Made by a program: the position numbers and the translations under genes. Shown piece by piece: positions 1 through 10,310 of a stretch of 64,000 nt of DNA; the first letter of the stretch is position 1; each line of letters opens with the position of its first letter. The stretch covers positions 580,291-644,290 of the forward strand of contig CBFHKH010000001.1 of the NCBI GenBank assembly GCA_965656375.1. Reading direction: 5' to 3'. This DNA comes from Minisyncoccia bacterium (GTDB lineage: Bacteria; Patescibacteriota; Minisyncoccia; Phycocordibacterales; UBA9973). The notes under the pieces are model-generated. The model was given only the letters and a program-made list of their open reading frames with translations. It was not told the origin of the DNA and searched no databases.

Positions 1-1079
1 CTTTTTTCTCTTCTTTTTTAGCTGATCCTGTTACGAGTTCGCTCACAAGGGAACCTAACCCTTTGGCGAATTGGCGTGTCATGCTCGCGGCATCTTTCAC
101 CGACATACCCTCTTTTACATCACCAAGCATGATGTGGAATTTCCGGAGAATATCATCATCCTCAGGACAAATGGTGAACTGGATAGATGCACCTTCACCG
201 GACTTTTTGAGTTTAGTAAAAACATTCAAAATTATATTGAGTGGATCATGATCAATCGCATCATAGAGCTTGATCGGAAAAACTTCATGGCGAGCGAGTG
301 TCGCATATGAACCTGCCATCTGGCTTCCCTCTGTAAAGATATTGTAGTCATCAGGAACTTCGACAATTTTTGCATGAGGATGGACTCCGAGCAACTGTTT
401 TTCAAACAGGTCTGCCTTTCGTGCTGGAACTGCAGTGTAAAAGATAAAGTGATCAGTATTTTCTGCAAGCGCGATCTCGAGTGTGAAGTGATTACGGCTA
501 AAATTCTCGCGACCTTCACCAACTGAGTGCATCCCTGCATAGAACTGCTCCATAGCGGAGAGCAATTCTTTTAGTCCTTTTTTGTTTTCTGCGTCATCAT
601 CGGGATCAGGTAAAGTAATCTCGAAAAGTTTCATATCGAGCGATTTAAAAAGTGGAGTATTTTCCTTGAGACCTGGAATTTTGTGCGTACTATAGAGATA
701 CTGTACGAGGAATCGATGGAAATCATCATCAAGATGCGGATTGTTCATCTTCCCTACAATCGAAAGCGCACTTGAGATTCCCTTACTCAAAAGTACTCCG
801 AGCATCTCTTCCATCTTGTTGTCATGGGATTCTGGATGAAGGCGCAAGACAAGATTATTCGCCTCTTGTACTGGGATAACAGCACTTTTATGCATTACTT
901 CTTCTGGCTCATATCGTTTGTATTCTTTGATGACATCGTGCGCGATTTCAGCTTTGGAGTATTCAGTCCCAGCTTCCGCAAACGCTTTTTCTTTTTCCGC
1001 AATGTGCGCACGCAAAAATTCAAGCTCTTCTTGGGGAGTCTTGAATTTGGGAGCGCTGTTTAGATTAAAACCTTCCATT
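1..1079 (-). CDS. hypothetical protein, 3' end runs off the window start (more than 359 aa)
   Basis: Uninterrupted minus-strand reading frame from an ATG near 1079 to the window edge, found by manual translation (MEGFNLNSAPKFKTPQEELEFLRAHIAEKEKAF...). It is absent from the ORF track because no stop codon lies inside the window. No recognisable family. The small track ORFs 63-251, 71-310, 232-540 and 824-1063 lie inside it in other frames. Confidence 0.45.
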
Positions 1080-1086
1080 AAAACTA

Positions 1087-1854
1087 TTATATCATAGTTA
1101 AAATTTCTGGCTCACCCTCTGTGATCAAAATTGTATGTTCGAAGTGTGCACTACGAGATCCATCAGCAGTTTTGATAGTATAGCCATCAGACATACTCAC
1201 GATATCTTGCTTACCACTATTGAGCATTGGCTCAATAGCTACCACCATACCGGGGACAAGCTTTTCTCCTTTCCCTTTTTTCCCATAATTGGGAATATAG
1301 GGATCTTCATGGATATGTTTTCCTACCCCATGACCCGAAAGTTCTCTGACTATTCCGTAACGACCGGCTACGAATTTTTCTATCGCATACCCAATATCAC
1401 CCACGGTATTCCCTGCTTTTGCTTCGGCAATGCCGACAAAAAGCGCTTCTTTTGTAGTATGTAAAAGTTCTTGTGATGCTTTTGGTATTTTTCCAACAGC
1501 AACAGTAATTGCATGATCAGTAAACATTCCTTTATGTTTGAGTCCAAGGTCTATGGAAATTGTATCTCCTTCTTTCAGGACTTTACTCGCCTTTGGTATA
1601 CCGTGAACTATTTCATTATTGACTGAGGTACAAAGAGACGCTGGGTAGGCTTTCGCATGACCTTCAGGCTTGTATCCGAGGAATGCCGGCTCATCGCCAC
1701 CTTTTATAATAAGTTCGTAAGCATATTGATCGAGCTCCTTAGTTGTTACTCCAGGCTTCACTTGAGTAGCCACTTCTGCCAAAATAGCAGCAAGTCTTTT
1801 ACCGCCTTCACGTAATATCTCTATTTCTTTCTGAGTCTTTATGATGACTGCCAT
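1087..1854 (-). CDS. map: methionine aminopeptidase type I
   Basis: 255 aa. Pita-bread fold with conserved metal ligands (D..D..H..E..E); typical MetAP-I length; in the expected secY-adk-map neighbourhood. Confidence 0.9.
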   Translation of the reverse strand: MAVIIKTQKEIEILREGGKRLAAILAEVATQVKPGVTTKELDQYAYELIIKGGDEPAFLGYKPEGHAKAYPASLCTSVNNEIVHGIPKASKVLKEGDTISIDLGLKHKGMFTDHAITVAVGKIPKASQELLHTTKEALFVGIAEAKAGNTVGDIGYAIEKFVAGRYGIVRELSGHGVGKHIHEDPYIPNYGKKGKGEKLVPGMVVAIEPMLNSGKQDIVSMSDGYTIKTADGSRSAHFEHTILITEGEPEILTMI

Positions 1855-1883
1855 ATACGGCTTATACTATCAGAAACAGTATT

Positions 1884-3569
1884 TTATACAACTTCCTGCT
1901 GATAGCATGATTCGCAATACAAAATCTCTGGTCGTTCTGGATCATACGAAGTTTCAAATTCATTTTGGCATTTTGCAGTGTGGGAATGATTTGATTTTTC
2001 ACACATACAAGATCTTTTCCAAAGCTTGGTAGGGCCTCTTTTTTGTAACAAATTTTGCTTTCTGCAAAAGAAACAAAGTCGCGGGATTGGAATTTGATTA
2101 AACTTATAAAACTGTAATTCACTTGGGATGATTTGATAGTTTCTACTGCAATCTTCACATTTCATGATTTCTTTAGTAAATGAATCAGAAACATCGTTTA
2201 TAGAATCAGGTATTTCTTGTATAGTTTCTAAACCTGTAGTTAGGGGTAATGAATCTTGCCATGTATATCCTTTTTTCAAGGCTTGATCTTTGGTCAATGG
2301 ATATTGTTCTTGTGCAATTGTCTCATTATAAGAGAATTTCGAAAGCTCTGTAGGAAAAAATTCTCCCCACTCTCCTAATTCTTTCATATCAGAAATAATT
2401 TGATCTCTCAGTTTAAAATATTCTGTTTTTTCATATTGAATATTAAAAATACAATATTTTGCGCTTTTTAAGCCTACACATCCAAATATATCTTCGCATG
2501 ACTGACATGAGTCGCTGTAGTATACATTTGTATCTTTATGACAATACATAGTGAAACATGTTCGATTTGAATTATCAGGATTAATACACTCGTAGCAGAG
2601 CTCCTGTTCGCCGCCACTCAGACAATCATAGCTATCCTTTACAGTGTCTCCTCTTTCAAAATACTTTGTATTTTCAGCTCTCACAACAATAAAGCAATTC
2701 TGTGAATTTTTTGAATTTACAAGGTAGTCACCGGTACAGTCAACACAATTTTTGAGACTCGCAAATCGATGAGGGAGTGTAAGGCGAAATTCTTCAAATT
2801 CTTTCTCTATTTTTGGTAAGGAAGTTGCACAATCAAATTTATATCCTTTTACTATTTCCATATATTCTTCTTTGGTATATTGAATATTCTTGAAACAGTA
2901 TTGTTTATTGCGAAGGTCGACACACATAAAGCAATTAGTACAACCCTTGCAGTCAAAACAATACGCACAATCTGTCATTGTCGATGATCGATATACATTC
3001 TTGCATTTATATGAATTATCTAGATTTATCGAAGAGTAGATATGATTACAATTGTCTTGGAGACCAATACAATCGACTATATCTTTGCCACCAACAAGAC
3101 ATGATGAGTAAAGGGCATTCTCAACTTTCCAAGAATTATCCGTTAGATAGCAGTCTTTACCGCGTGCAAAGTAATTTGTATATTCGCAATTTATGCTTCC
3201 GCTGCCATTGTCATTGAGAATTGCAAGTGCTGGAACTTTGTCGAGAAGATCTTTGAATTGGGAAAAGAAGGGTTTTGAAGAATCATATTTTTGTCCATAT
3301 GAAAAGGGATCCCATCCGTCTTTCCACCAGCAGTTTGAGCAATAGATCGGCAGGGTCTTATCTGGAGAGTAGATAGAAAGCGTATTATCAAAGCAGAGAT
3401 CACACTTTCTTTTATAAAAACAATAATCATTACGCCAGCTCATCCTACGTATACTTCGACACTCCGGACACCATGTTGGCGAAGGAACTTTTATCTTTTC
3501 GTAAAATGAGAGGTCATCTACTTCAAGAATAAAGTCCTTATTGCAATTTTGACAGTTGCGGGTTTCCAT
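1884..3569 (-). CDS. cysteine-rich paralog A (two zinc-ribbon-like ends plus two Cys-hexapeptide modules), unknown function
   Basis: Track ORF 1884-3605. The likely start is the internal Met (METRNCQNC), 2 nt after the stop of paralog B. About 44 Cys in 561 aa. N-terminus CQNCNKDF..FYEKIKVPSPTWCPECRSIRR. C-terminus KCEDCSRNY..FYKFNQIPIPRLCFFCRK ... YCESCYQQEVV. Internal modules: DCAYCFDCKGCTNCFMCVDLRNKQYCFKNIQYTKEEY and SCQSCEDIFGCVGLKSAKYCIFNIQYEKTEY. Confidence 0.8.
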   Translation of the reverse strand: METRNCQNCNKDFILEVDDLSFYEKIKVPSPTWCPECRSIRRMSWRNDYCFYKRKCDLCFDNTLSIYSPDKTLPIYCSNCWWKDGWDPFSYGQKYDSSKPFFSQFKDLLDKVPALAILNDNGSGSINCEYTNYFARGKDCYLTDNSWKVENALYSSCLVGGKDIVDCIGLQDNCNHIYSSINLDNSYKCKNVYRSSTMTDCAYCFDCKGCTNCFMCVDLRNKQYCFKNIQYTKEEYMEIVKGYKFDCATSLPKIEKEFEEFRLTLPHRFASLKNCVDCTGDYLVNSKNSQNCFIVVRAENTKYFERGDTVKDSYDCLSGGEQELCYECINPDNSNRTCFTMYCHKDTNVYYSDSCQSCEDIFGCVGLKSAKYCIFNIQYEKTEYFKLRDQIISDMKELGEWGEFFPTELSKFSYNETIAQEQYPLTKDQALKKGYTWQDSLPLTTGLETIQEIPDSINDVSDSFTKEIMKCEDCSRNYQIIPSELQFYKFNQIPIPRLCFFCRKQNLLQKRGPTKLWKRSCMCEKSNHSHTAKCQNEFETSYDPERPEILYCESCYQQEVV

Positions 3570-3571
3570 AA

Positions 3572-5326
3572 TTACACAATCTCTTGTTGATAACACTTTT
3601 CGCAATATACGATATCACCATCTTTTGGATTAAATCCTGTTCTAAATAGTTCACTACATGGCACATCTCCATGGATATGCTGCACGGTGTTCGTGAACTG
3701 CCCTGTTTCATCTTTCTTCCCAGCACACATACAGTGATTATCGTAGAGTGATATCTTGAATCGATCTGAAATTCGACGTTCGTGTCTGCACTCACTGCAG
3801 TGTGACGGTATTGGCAGGCTCTCACTTTTTAAGAAATTAAATTCATCGGCGAGAATCCGAAACGGTCTATTACAAACGCCGCACTCTAAAATCTCTTTTG
3901 TTATATCTTCTCCTACTTCACCTATTGAATCGGGTATTTCATCAGATTTCTTTGTAACAGCATATTTTCCAGGCTCTTCGTCTATCCAACCGTAATTATT
4001 AGCCACAATTTCTTCTTTGTCTTTGAGGAAATGCTGAAACGCTAAAGAATTATTATATCCAAAAGATGCAAACTCTATAGGGAAAAATTCTCCATATCTA
4101 TATATCAAACCTCGGGAATCAGTGTACGGCAATGCATTCATGTGTTCGATAATTTTTTCTCGGAGTGCCATATATTCCTCTTTGGTATATTGCGTATTAA
4201 ATATACAATATTGCTTGTTGCGCAATCCGACACAACCAAAACAATCTTTGCAAGATTTTAAATGAGTAGAATACTCTATATTGTTGTTATTTGGCCAGCA
4301 GTCCCAGGAAAATCGCACGTTATAGACATTCTCTCCGCAGACTGAGGTCTCGTAACAGAGCTCGACATCCTGTCCCCATATAGAATAATCAAGGCAATCT
4401 TTGATTTTTGCTACTGAAGCATATTGACTATACCGCACATCCTCTCCTCCTTTGACCATGTATGATTCAGTCACATTTTTTGAATGACTGACATATGAAC
4501 CAGAAAAGTTTAGATTTTGAAGTCCTTGATGGTATTTATTTATCTGAGTTTTCCAAAAAGCTCGAGCATTAGTACGGGCTTCATTGATACCAGCTTTTGT
4601 ATCTAGGCGCATTTCGGAAAGAATCTTGAAATATTCTTCTTTGGTATATTGCTGGTTGAAGATACAGTATGAGGCTTTACGCAAATTCGTACATCCAAAA
4701 CAATCATTGCATCCGAGACAATCTCTTGAGAACCACATATTGTGACACTCCACAGACATGATTGTAAAATAGCACTTATAACAATTCTGCAGCCAGAAAC
4801 ATTCGTAACACTTCTCAGAAGAGTTTACGTGTGAATCATCAATACAATTTTTTGAAAGAAAAAAATCATTACCATACAAACAATTCTCCGAAGAGTTTGA
4901 ATTAAAGCACAGATAACAATCTTTAAGCGTAGCTGCATTTGCTGCATATGGACTATCAATCATACGCTCAACATTAAGTGCATATGCAGGGACATCTTTC
5001 TCAAGCTCGAAGAATTGACTGAAAAAATCACGAGAGAAATCAAACTCTCTTCCATACTCCATAGGATCCCAGGAATCACTGAACCATTCTTGATCCGTCA
5101 CGACTTTTCGCAGAGCGGAAGGCGGATATAAGGAGAAAATATTTTCACCTGTGAATGCACTTTTTGCCTTAAAAAGCTTTCGTTCGTTTCTAAATGCAAA
5201 TCGTCGTTCTGCTCTACAATATGAACAAAATGTTGGTGGTGGAACTTTAATCTTGTCGTAGAAAGAAAAGTCTTCGGCTTCGATACTGAAACCTTTTTTA
5301 CAATTCTGACACGTTCGAGTTTCCAT
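3572..5326 (-). CDS. cysteine-rich paralog B, unknown function
   Basis: 584 aa. Begins METRTCQNCKKGFSIEAEDFSFYDKIKVPPPTFCSYCRAERRFAFRNER and ends YCEKCYQQEIV. Internal modules end DCLGCNDCFGCTNLRKASYCIFNQQYTKEEY and SCKDCFGCVGLRNKQYCIFNTQYTKEEY. Starts 6 nt after the pyrH stop, so it is in the same transcription unit. Confidence 0.8.
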   Translation of the reverse strand: METRTCQNCKKGFSIEAEDFSFYDKIKVPPPTFCSYCRAERRFAFRNERKLFKAKSAFTGENIFSLYPPSALRKVVTDQEWFSDSWDPMEYGREFDFSRDFFSQFFELEKDVPAYALNVERMIDSPYAANAATLKDCYLCFNSNSSENCLYGNDFFLSKNCIDDSHVNSSEKCYECFWLQNCYKCYFTIMSVECHNMWFSRDCLGCNDCFGCTNLRKASYCIFNQQYTKEEYFKILSEMRLDTKAGINEARTNARAFWKTQINKYHQGLQNLNFSGSYVSHSKNVTESYMVKGGEDVRYSQYASVAKIKDCLDYSIWGQDVELCYETSVCGENVYNVRFSWDCWPNNNNIEYSTHLKSCKDCFGCVGLRNKQYCIFNTQYTKEEYMALREKIIEHMNALPYTDSRGLIYRYGEFFPIEFASFGYNNSLAFQHFLKDKEEIVANNYGWIDEEPGKYAVTKKSDEIPDSIGEVGEDITKEILECGVCNRPFRILADEFNFLKSESLPIPSHCSECRHERRISDRFKISLYDNHCMCAGKKDETGQFTNTVQHIHGDVPCSELFRTGFNPKDGDIVYCEKCYQQEIV

Positions 5327-5332
5327 ATAGGT

Positions 5333-6019
5333 TTATTGTATCACTGTTCCAACAAACTTTTTACCATTGAGGTAATTATCTAAACTTTCAAGATCGCGGC
5401 CAGCGATAAAGGATACTTCGAGCCCAAGTTCTTGTGCTTTCTGGGATGCCACAGGGTCAAATGGTGTATTCATTCCTGAGGTCCAATCTTTTGGGATAAA
5501 TGTCAGGTATTGCGACCATGAAACCTCCTCGAACTTCTGTGCATTTGGATTGGTTTTTGGATCACTATCATATACATAACTTACATTTGAAAGATTAATG
5601 ACTTTTTTCGCACTAATCTCTTCAGCGGTAAGTACAGCATCCATATCTGTCGAACATCCTGGCTTCCAGCCTGCCCCAATAATAACTTTCTGTGAAAGTG
5701 ATGACACAGCGGATGGATCTGTGATGATATCTTCCGGTGCATAGCTTCCAAAAGACATCCGAACAAGTTGGGCATTAAGATGAGTACTATAAATGCCGAT
5801 CCAATCTAAATCCTCAGTTTTTGTATCTATAGTAGCTGAGAGTGCATTTTGATATACACGACATGTTTTTCCCCCACCAACAATTATGATAAAACGCTTG
5901 CCAGTTGCTACATGTCTCAAGATGAGCTCACGAAAAGAGACGATAAATTCTGGGTCTGGTGCATCAGGAACAACCATAGAACCGCCAAGTGATATAACAA
6001 TAAACTCTTGAGTTTCCAT
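5333..6019 (-). CDS. pyrH: UMP kinase (amino-acid-kinase fold, archaeal/CPR-like short form)
   Basis: 228 aa. Carries the ISLGGS and IVGGG glycine-rich motifs of the uridylate kinase / amino-acid kinase family. Confidence 0.7.
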   Translation of the reverse strand: METQEFIVISLGGSMVVPDAPDPEFIVSFRELILRHVATGKRFIIIVGGGKTCRVYQNALSATIDTKTEDLDWIGIYSTHLNAQLVRMSFGSYAPEDIITDPSAVSSLSQKVIIGAGWKPGCSTDMDAVLTAEEISAKKVINLSNVSYVYDSDPKTNPNAQKFEEVSWSQYLTFIPKDWTSGMNTPFDPVASQKAQELGLEVSFIAGRDLESLDNYLNGKKFVGTVIQ

Positions 6020-6020
6020 A

Positions 6021-6614
6021 TTATAAATTGAGATTTTTAATTATTTCTGAATGAACATCTTCAATCGACTGATTACCATTTATGGTATGAAGCGTATATC
6101 CGGGTTTGTTTTTAAAATAGTTCATCGCTGGAATTACATTATTCATATATTCATCAAAACGCTTTGTAATCCCTTCGTCGGTATCATCAGTACGACCACG
6201 GAGTTTCATGCGCTTTGTGGCTTCTTCTTTTGAAAGTTCAATATAGATGATATGCACTTCCCTACGATTATAATAATTAAGTATTTCTTCAAAGGATTTT
6301 GACTGTAAGATAGTTCGAGGAAATCCATCTGCAATAATGGATGAACCGACTTTCATCGAATAGGCAAGGCTACTTGCCACAAGGCCGGTTGTTAAGAAAT
6401 CTGGCTGAAGATGACCTTTCTCAAGGCTCGTTTTTACAATTTCCCCCGTATAGTATCCTTCATTAATAAGCTTTCTATAGAGAGCCCCTGTAGAAGCAAA
6501 AATAATGTCATCGGTTAATTTCTTTTCTTTTAAATATTTTTCAAGAAGTTCAACTTGAGTTCCTTTTCCAGAACCAACAATTCCAAAAAATACAAATGTG
6601 TACGGTTTATTCAT
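6021..6614 (-). CDS. adk: adenylate kinase
   Basis: 197 aa. P-loop GIVGSGKGTQ at the N-terminus; lies directly downstream of secY, as in canonical spc operons. Confidence 0.9.
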   Translation of the reverse strand: MNKPYTFVFFGIVGSGKGTQVELLEKYLKEKKLTDDIIFASTGALYRKLINEGYYTGEIVKTSLEKGHLQPDFLTTGLVASSLAYSMKVGSSIIADGFPRTILQSKSFEEILNYYNRREVHIIYIELSKEEATKRMKLRGRTDDTDEGITKRFDEYMNNVIPAMNYFKNKPGYTLHTINGNQSIEDVHSEIIKNLNL

Positions 6615-6674
6615 ATAATTTCATTATATACTAAAATCATTCAGGCATTAAAAAAGACCTTCTTCAGGCCTTTT

Positions 6675-7946
6675 TTAATATTCTCTCATTGATAATTGCG
6701 CTTCTACTTTCTTAATCAGATCAAGGACAACAGAGACAACGATAAGAAGTGCTGTACCTCCAACGGCAAATGCGGTAATACCAGTAACTGCTTTAACGAT
6801 AAGCGGAATAACTGCAATGAATCCAAGGAAGATCGCACCCATAAGGGTAATGCGGTTCAAGATCTTTGCAATGTACTCGCGAGTAGCTGGACCCGGGCGA
6901 ATGCCTGGAACGAATGCGCCGTTCTTCTGAAGATTTGTGGAAAGTTGATCTGGATCAAATGTCACTGCAGTGTAGAAGTACGTAAACAAGAATACAAGGA
7001 TAAAGTATGCAATTGCATAGACCCATGTATTGTTTACAAACCAAAGCATACCGTTTGAAATACTAACTAACACATGATGGCTACTACCAGCAAGAGCATT
7101 ACCGATCAATTGAGGGAAGAGTAAGATTGAGAGTGCAAAGATGATTGGAATAACACCAGCCTGATTCACTCGAAGTGGCAAGTATGTCTGTGTACCACCA
7201 GAAACTTTATCTCCTCGTACTTGTTTGGCATAGGTGACTGGAATCGGACGCTCTGCTTCAGTGACAACTACTACACCTGCGATGATGAGTAATCCTACCG
7301 CAAGGAAGAGAATATACACTGGAAGATTTGCCATATCGAATGTAAAGAGGAATTGTGAGAATTCAGTTGGAAGGTTTGCAACGATACCAGCAAATATTAT
7401 GAGTGAAACACCGTTACCAATACCAAACTCAGAAATAAGCTCACCGATCCACATGAGGAACATTGATCCAGCAACAACAACAGATACGTTGGTAATCATT
7501 CCGAATAGAGTAAGATCCCCCAAGATATCCTGACGCTTCAGTACAATAAGAAGAGAAAGTGCCTGAATGATCGCAAGCGGGATTGTGATCATGCGTGAGA
7601 TCTGAGTGAATTTCTTGCGGCCAATCTCGCCATCTTCTTGGTACATTGCCTTCAATCGTGGAGACATGATAGTCAAAAGCTGCATAATGATAGATGCAGT
7701 AATGTATGGACCAACACCGAGCATGAGTATGGATAGATGAGAAAGTCCGCCGCCAGTAAAGACATTGAGAACACCCAGGAATTGGTTGTTATTTACGAAT
7801 GCCTGGAGCTTGAGCGTATCGATACCAGGAATCGGAATTGATCCGAGAAGTCGAAATACGATGAGCGCACCAAGGACAAACAAGACACGCGAACGCAGTG
7901 TCTTGTCTGTAAATATCATCTTTATTTTGTTCCAAACTATTTCCAT
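6675..7946 (-). CDS. secY: preprotein translocase subunit SecY
   Basis: 423 aa polytopic membrane protein with 10-TM SecY topology, immediately after rplO. Confidence 0.95.
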   Translation of the reverse strand: MEIVWNKIKMIFTDKTLRSRVLFVLGALIVFRLLGSIPIPGIDTLKLQAFVNNNQFLGVLNVFTGGGLSHLSILMLGVGPYITASIIMQLLTIMSPRLKAMYQEDGEIGRKKFTQISRMITIPLAIIQALSLLIVLKRQDILGDLTLFGMITNVSVVVAGSMFLMWIGELISEFGIGNGVSLIIFAGIVANLPTEFSQFLFTFDMANLPVYILFLAVGLLIIAGVVVVTEAERPIPVTYAKQVRGDKVSGGTQTYLPLRVNQAGVIPIIFALSILLFPQLIGNALAGSSHHVLVSISNGMLWFVNNTWVYAIAYFILVFLFTYFYTAVTFDPDQLSTNLQKNGAFVPGIRPGPATREYIAKILNRITLMGAIFLGFIAVIPLIVKAVTGITAFAVGGTALLIVVSVVLDLIKKVEAQLSMREY

Positions 7947-7947
7947 T

Positions 7948-8376
7948 TTATTTTACTTCCCCACCTGCTTTCTCGATCTTTGCTTTTGCAGCTTCTGATA
8001 CGGTACATCCTGTAACGGTGAGCTTGATTGTAACATCACCACTTGCAAGGATTTTTACCTTTGGCAATACTCCGCCTACTTTGCGAACGAGCTTTTTCTC
8101 AAAGAGTGTCGCAGGGCTGACTGTTGCACCAAGAGCAAATATATTAAGTGCTCCTACATTTACTGGAGAAGGCTTTGCCACATGTGAAGCAAATCGGTAT
8201 CCGCGAAGTTTCGGGATCTTTTTGATTATATCACGCATCTGAGGACGACGCTTGTTACCCGCGCGAGCTGTCTGACCTTTGCCTCCGCGACCAGATTGCT
8301 TACCACGTGTACCACCACGGCCTACTTGGCGTGCTTTCTTGTTTGGGTGTTCTCTTTTTAGTGTGTGTAATTGCAT
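7948..8376 (-). CDS. rplO: 50S ribosomal protein L15
   Basis: 142 aa, Gly/Arg/Lys-rich N-terminus typical of L15; sits between rpsE and secY. Confidence 0.9.
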   Translation of the reverse strand: MQLHTLKREHPNKKARQVGRGGTRGKQSGRGGKGQTARAGNKRRPQMRDIIKKIPKLRGYRFASHVAKPSPVNVGALNIFALGATVSPATLFEKKLVRKVGGVLPKVKILASGDVTIKLTVTGCTVSEAAKAKIEKAGGEVK

Positions 8377-8385
8377 ATAAATATA

Positions 8386-8985
8386 TTATTTAACCTCTTT
8401 ATCTTCTGCGAGTGCTTCTGTTATCACAGGAGCTACTTTCGGAAGTGTAGAATTTGCACGAAGCTGGTAGAGTGTTGCATAGGCTACGCGAGCATTGTTG
8501 AGTTTGTTCTTTGAACCTGAGTGAAGTTTTGCGGTGACATTCTTGAGTCCTGCAAGTGTAAGCATATCTCGAACAGTACTTCCTGCTACGAGACCCTTGC
8601 CTCGATTTGGCATCATTGTGAGTTTTGAGCTTGAGAATTTATCAGATACCTCATGAGGGATAGACATTTCCTTTGTAGTTTTTATCTTGAACATGTTCTT
8701 CTTTGCCTGGCGTAGTGCTTTGGCAATGGCGACTGCTGTGTCACCTCCCTTTCCTGTACCAAGACCGACTGAACCTTTTTTATCACCGATCGCAAGTGCA
8801 ACAGCAAATGTCATACGACGTCCTCCTGCAACCACACGAGTTACGCGGCGAATAGAAACCATTTTCTGATCAAATTCAGGCTTTGGACGCTCAAAGAAAG
8901 CGCGTGGCTTTCGCTCACCTCCATCGCGTCCTTTGTATGCTGGTCGATCTCCTGATGTATTTGGTTTTTTTGTTGGTGTATCCAT
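8386..8985 (-). CDS. rpsE: 30S ribosomal protein S5
   Basis: 199 aa. Basic N-terminal extension, then the S5 dsRBD and C-terminal domain (VSIRRVTRVVAGGRRM.FAVALAIGD). Only a 9-nt gap separates it from rplO, leaving no room for rpmD (L30). Confidence 0.9.
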   Translation of the reverse strand: MDTPTKKPNTSGDRPAYKGRDGGERKPRAFFERPKPEFDQKMVSIRRVTRVVAGGRRMTFAVALAIGDKKGSVGLGTGKGGDTAVAIAKALRQAKKNMFKIKTTKEMSIPHEVSDKFSSSKLTMMPNRGKGLVAGSTVRDMLTLAGLKNVTAKLHSGSKNKLNNARVAYATLYQLRANSTLPKVAPVITEALAEDKEVK

Positions 8986-8996
8986 ATATAAATTAA

Positions 8997-9338
8997 TTAA
9001 AACTCAAGTCCTGATGTGCGAGCAGAATCTGCAAGCGCTTTGATGCGACCAGTATATTTGAAACCGTTACGATCAAACACTACAGCTTTGATGCCTTTTG
9101 CACTTGCTCCCTTTGCAATTTCAGCGCCGACTGCTGTTGAACGCTCTGTCTTTGTACCCTTCTTTGCTGCAATGTCTGATGCAGAAACGAGTGTTGTACC
9201 AGTTGTATCATCGATGATCTGAGCATAGATGAATTGATTTGAGCGGAATACTGAAAGGCGTGGTCGTAGAGAAGTACCGACAACCTTGGTTCGGATTTTC
9301 TTCTTCAATCGTATTCTTTTTTCTAATTTCTTGTTCAT
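8997..9338 (-). CDS. rplR: 50S ribosomal protein L18
   Basis: Track ORF 8997-9416 overlaps rplF. The likely start is the internal Met ([16 protein letters not shown]...[19 protein letters not shown]), which matches the L18 N-terminal consensus. Confidence 0.85.
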   Translation of the reverse strand: MNKKLEKRIRLKKKIRTKVVGTSLRPRLSVFRSNQFIYAQIIDDTTGTTLVSASDIAAKKGTKTERSTAVGAEIAKGASAKGIKAVVFDRNGFKYTGRIKALADSARTSGLEF

Positions 9339-9369
9339 AATTTTTCTAGTGGCTAAGGCTAATGCTATT

Positions 9370-9906
9370 TTATGCAGCTTTCTTACCTTGCTTGCGTCGG
9401 ATAAGTTCATCAGCATAGCGGAACCCCTTGCCTTTATATGGTTCAGGCTTTTTCATCGCACGAACTGATGCTGTGAATGCACCAACGAGCTCCTTGTCGA
9501 TACCAGTGACTGTGATGACATTCTTCTCTGCAGTAACAGTAAGGCCAACAGGAATGGCAACTTTAACAGGATGAGAAAAGCCGAGAGCAAGATTAAGCGT
9601 AGTGCCTGCGACATCTGATTTGAATCCCACACCTTCAAGTATAAGCTTTTTAGTGTAACCTTCGTTTACTCCAGTAACCATGTTTTTGACATGTGAAGCA
9701 TAGGTACCCCAGAGTGCATTCAATGTACGGTCACCTTCTTTTCCTGCTGTAAATGTGATTTCATTTCCATTGATATTGATAGCGATGTTGCCTGGGAATT
9801 CGCGAGTAAGTGTTCCCTTTGGCCCTTTTGCTGTGAACGTACTACCAGAGAGAGTGACTTCTGTACCTGTAGGAACTATAACTGTTTGTTTACCAATTCG
9901 TGACAT
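9370..9906 (-). CDS. rplF: 50S ribosomal protein L6
   Basis: The ORF contains the [18 protein letters not shown]6 N-terminal signature; the start is placed at that internal Met. Confidence 0.9.
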   Translation of the reverse strand: MSRIGKQTVIVPTGTEVTLSGSTFTAKGPKGTLTREFPGNIAININGNEITFTAGKEGDRTLNALWGTYASHVKNMVTGVNEGYTKKLILEGVGFKSDVAGTTLNLALGFSHPVKVAIPVGLTVTAEKNVITVTGIDKELVGAFTASVRAMKKPEPYKGKGFRYADELIRRKQGKKAA

Positions 9907-9910
9907 ATAA

Positions 9911-10297
9911 TTACCAAAGCTTAAAGAGCACTTCACCGCCGACCATTTCCTTGCGGGCTTGCTTGTCAGTTAAAATTCCTTTTGGTGTTGTAAGAACTGT
10001 AAGACCATATCCATTGCGAGTTGGCTTGATTTCCTTTACTCCTTTGTATACACGACGTGATGATTTTGAAACACGTTCTACTCCTGTAACACGAGGCTTG
10101 CCATCTTTGTATGCAAGGCCAAGTTCAAGTGTTGGAAATCCTTTCTTTGTCTTCTTTGCAACGGAAGAGAGAAAGCCTTCACGTGCAAGACATTCTGCGA
10201 TAGATTCTTTGATCTTTGAATACGGAACAGTAACGAACTCGTGCTCAGCACGATTTCCTACTTTTATCATATTTACCATGTTTGCGATTTGATCCAT
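9911..10297 (-). CDS. rpsH: 30S ribosomal protein S8
   Basis: S8 signature MDQIANMVNMIKVGNRAEHEF. The start is placed at the internal Met; the track ORF 9911-10357 has an implausible N-terminal extension. Confidence 0.9.
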   Translation of the reverse strand: MDQIANMVNMIKVGNRAEHEFVTVPYSKIKESIAECLAREGFLSSVAKKTKKGFPTLELGLAYKDGKPRVTGVERVSKSSRRVYKGVKEIKPTRNGYGLTVLTTPKGILTDKQARKEMVGGEVLFKLW

Positions 10298-10310
10298 ATA
10301 GTGTGTGATA

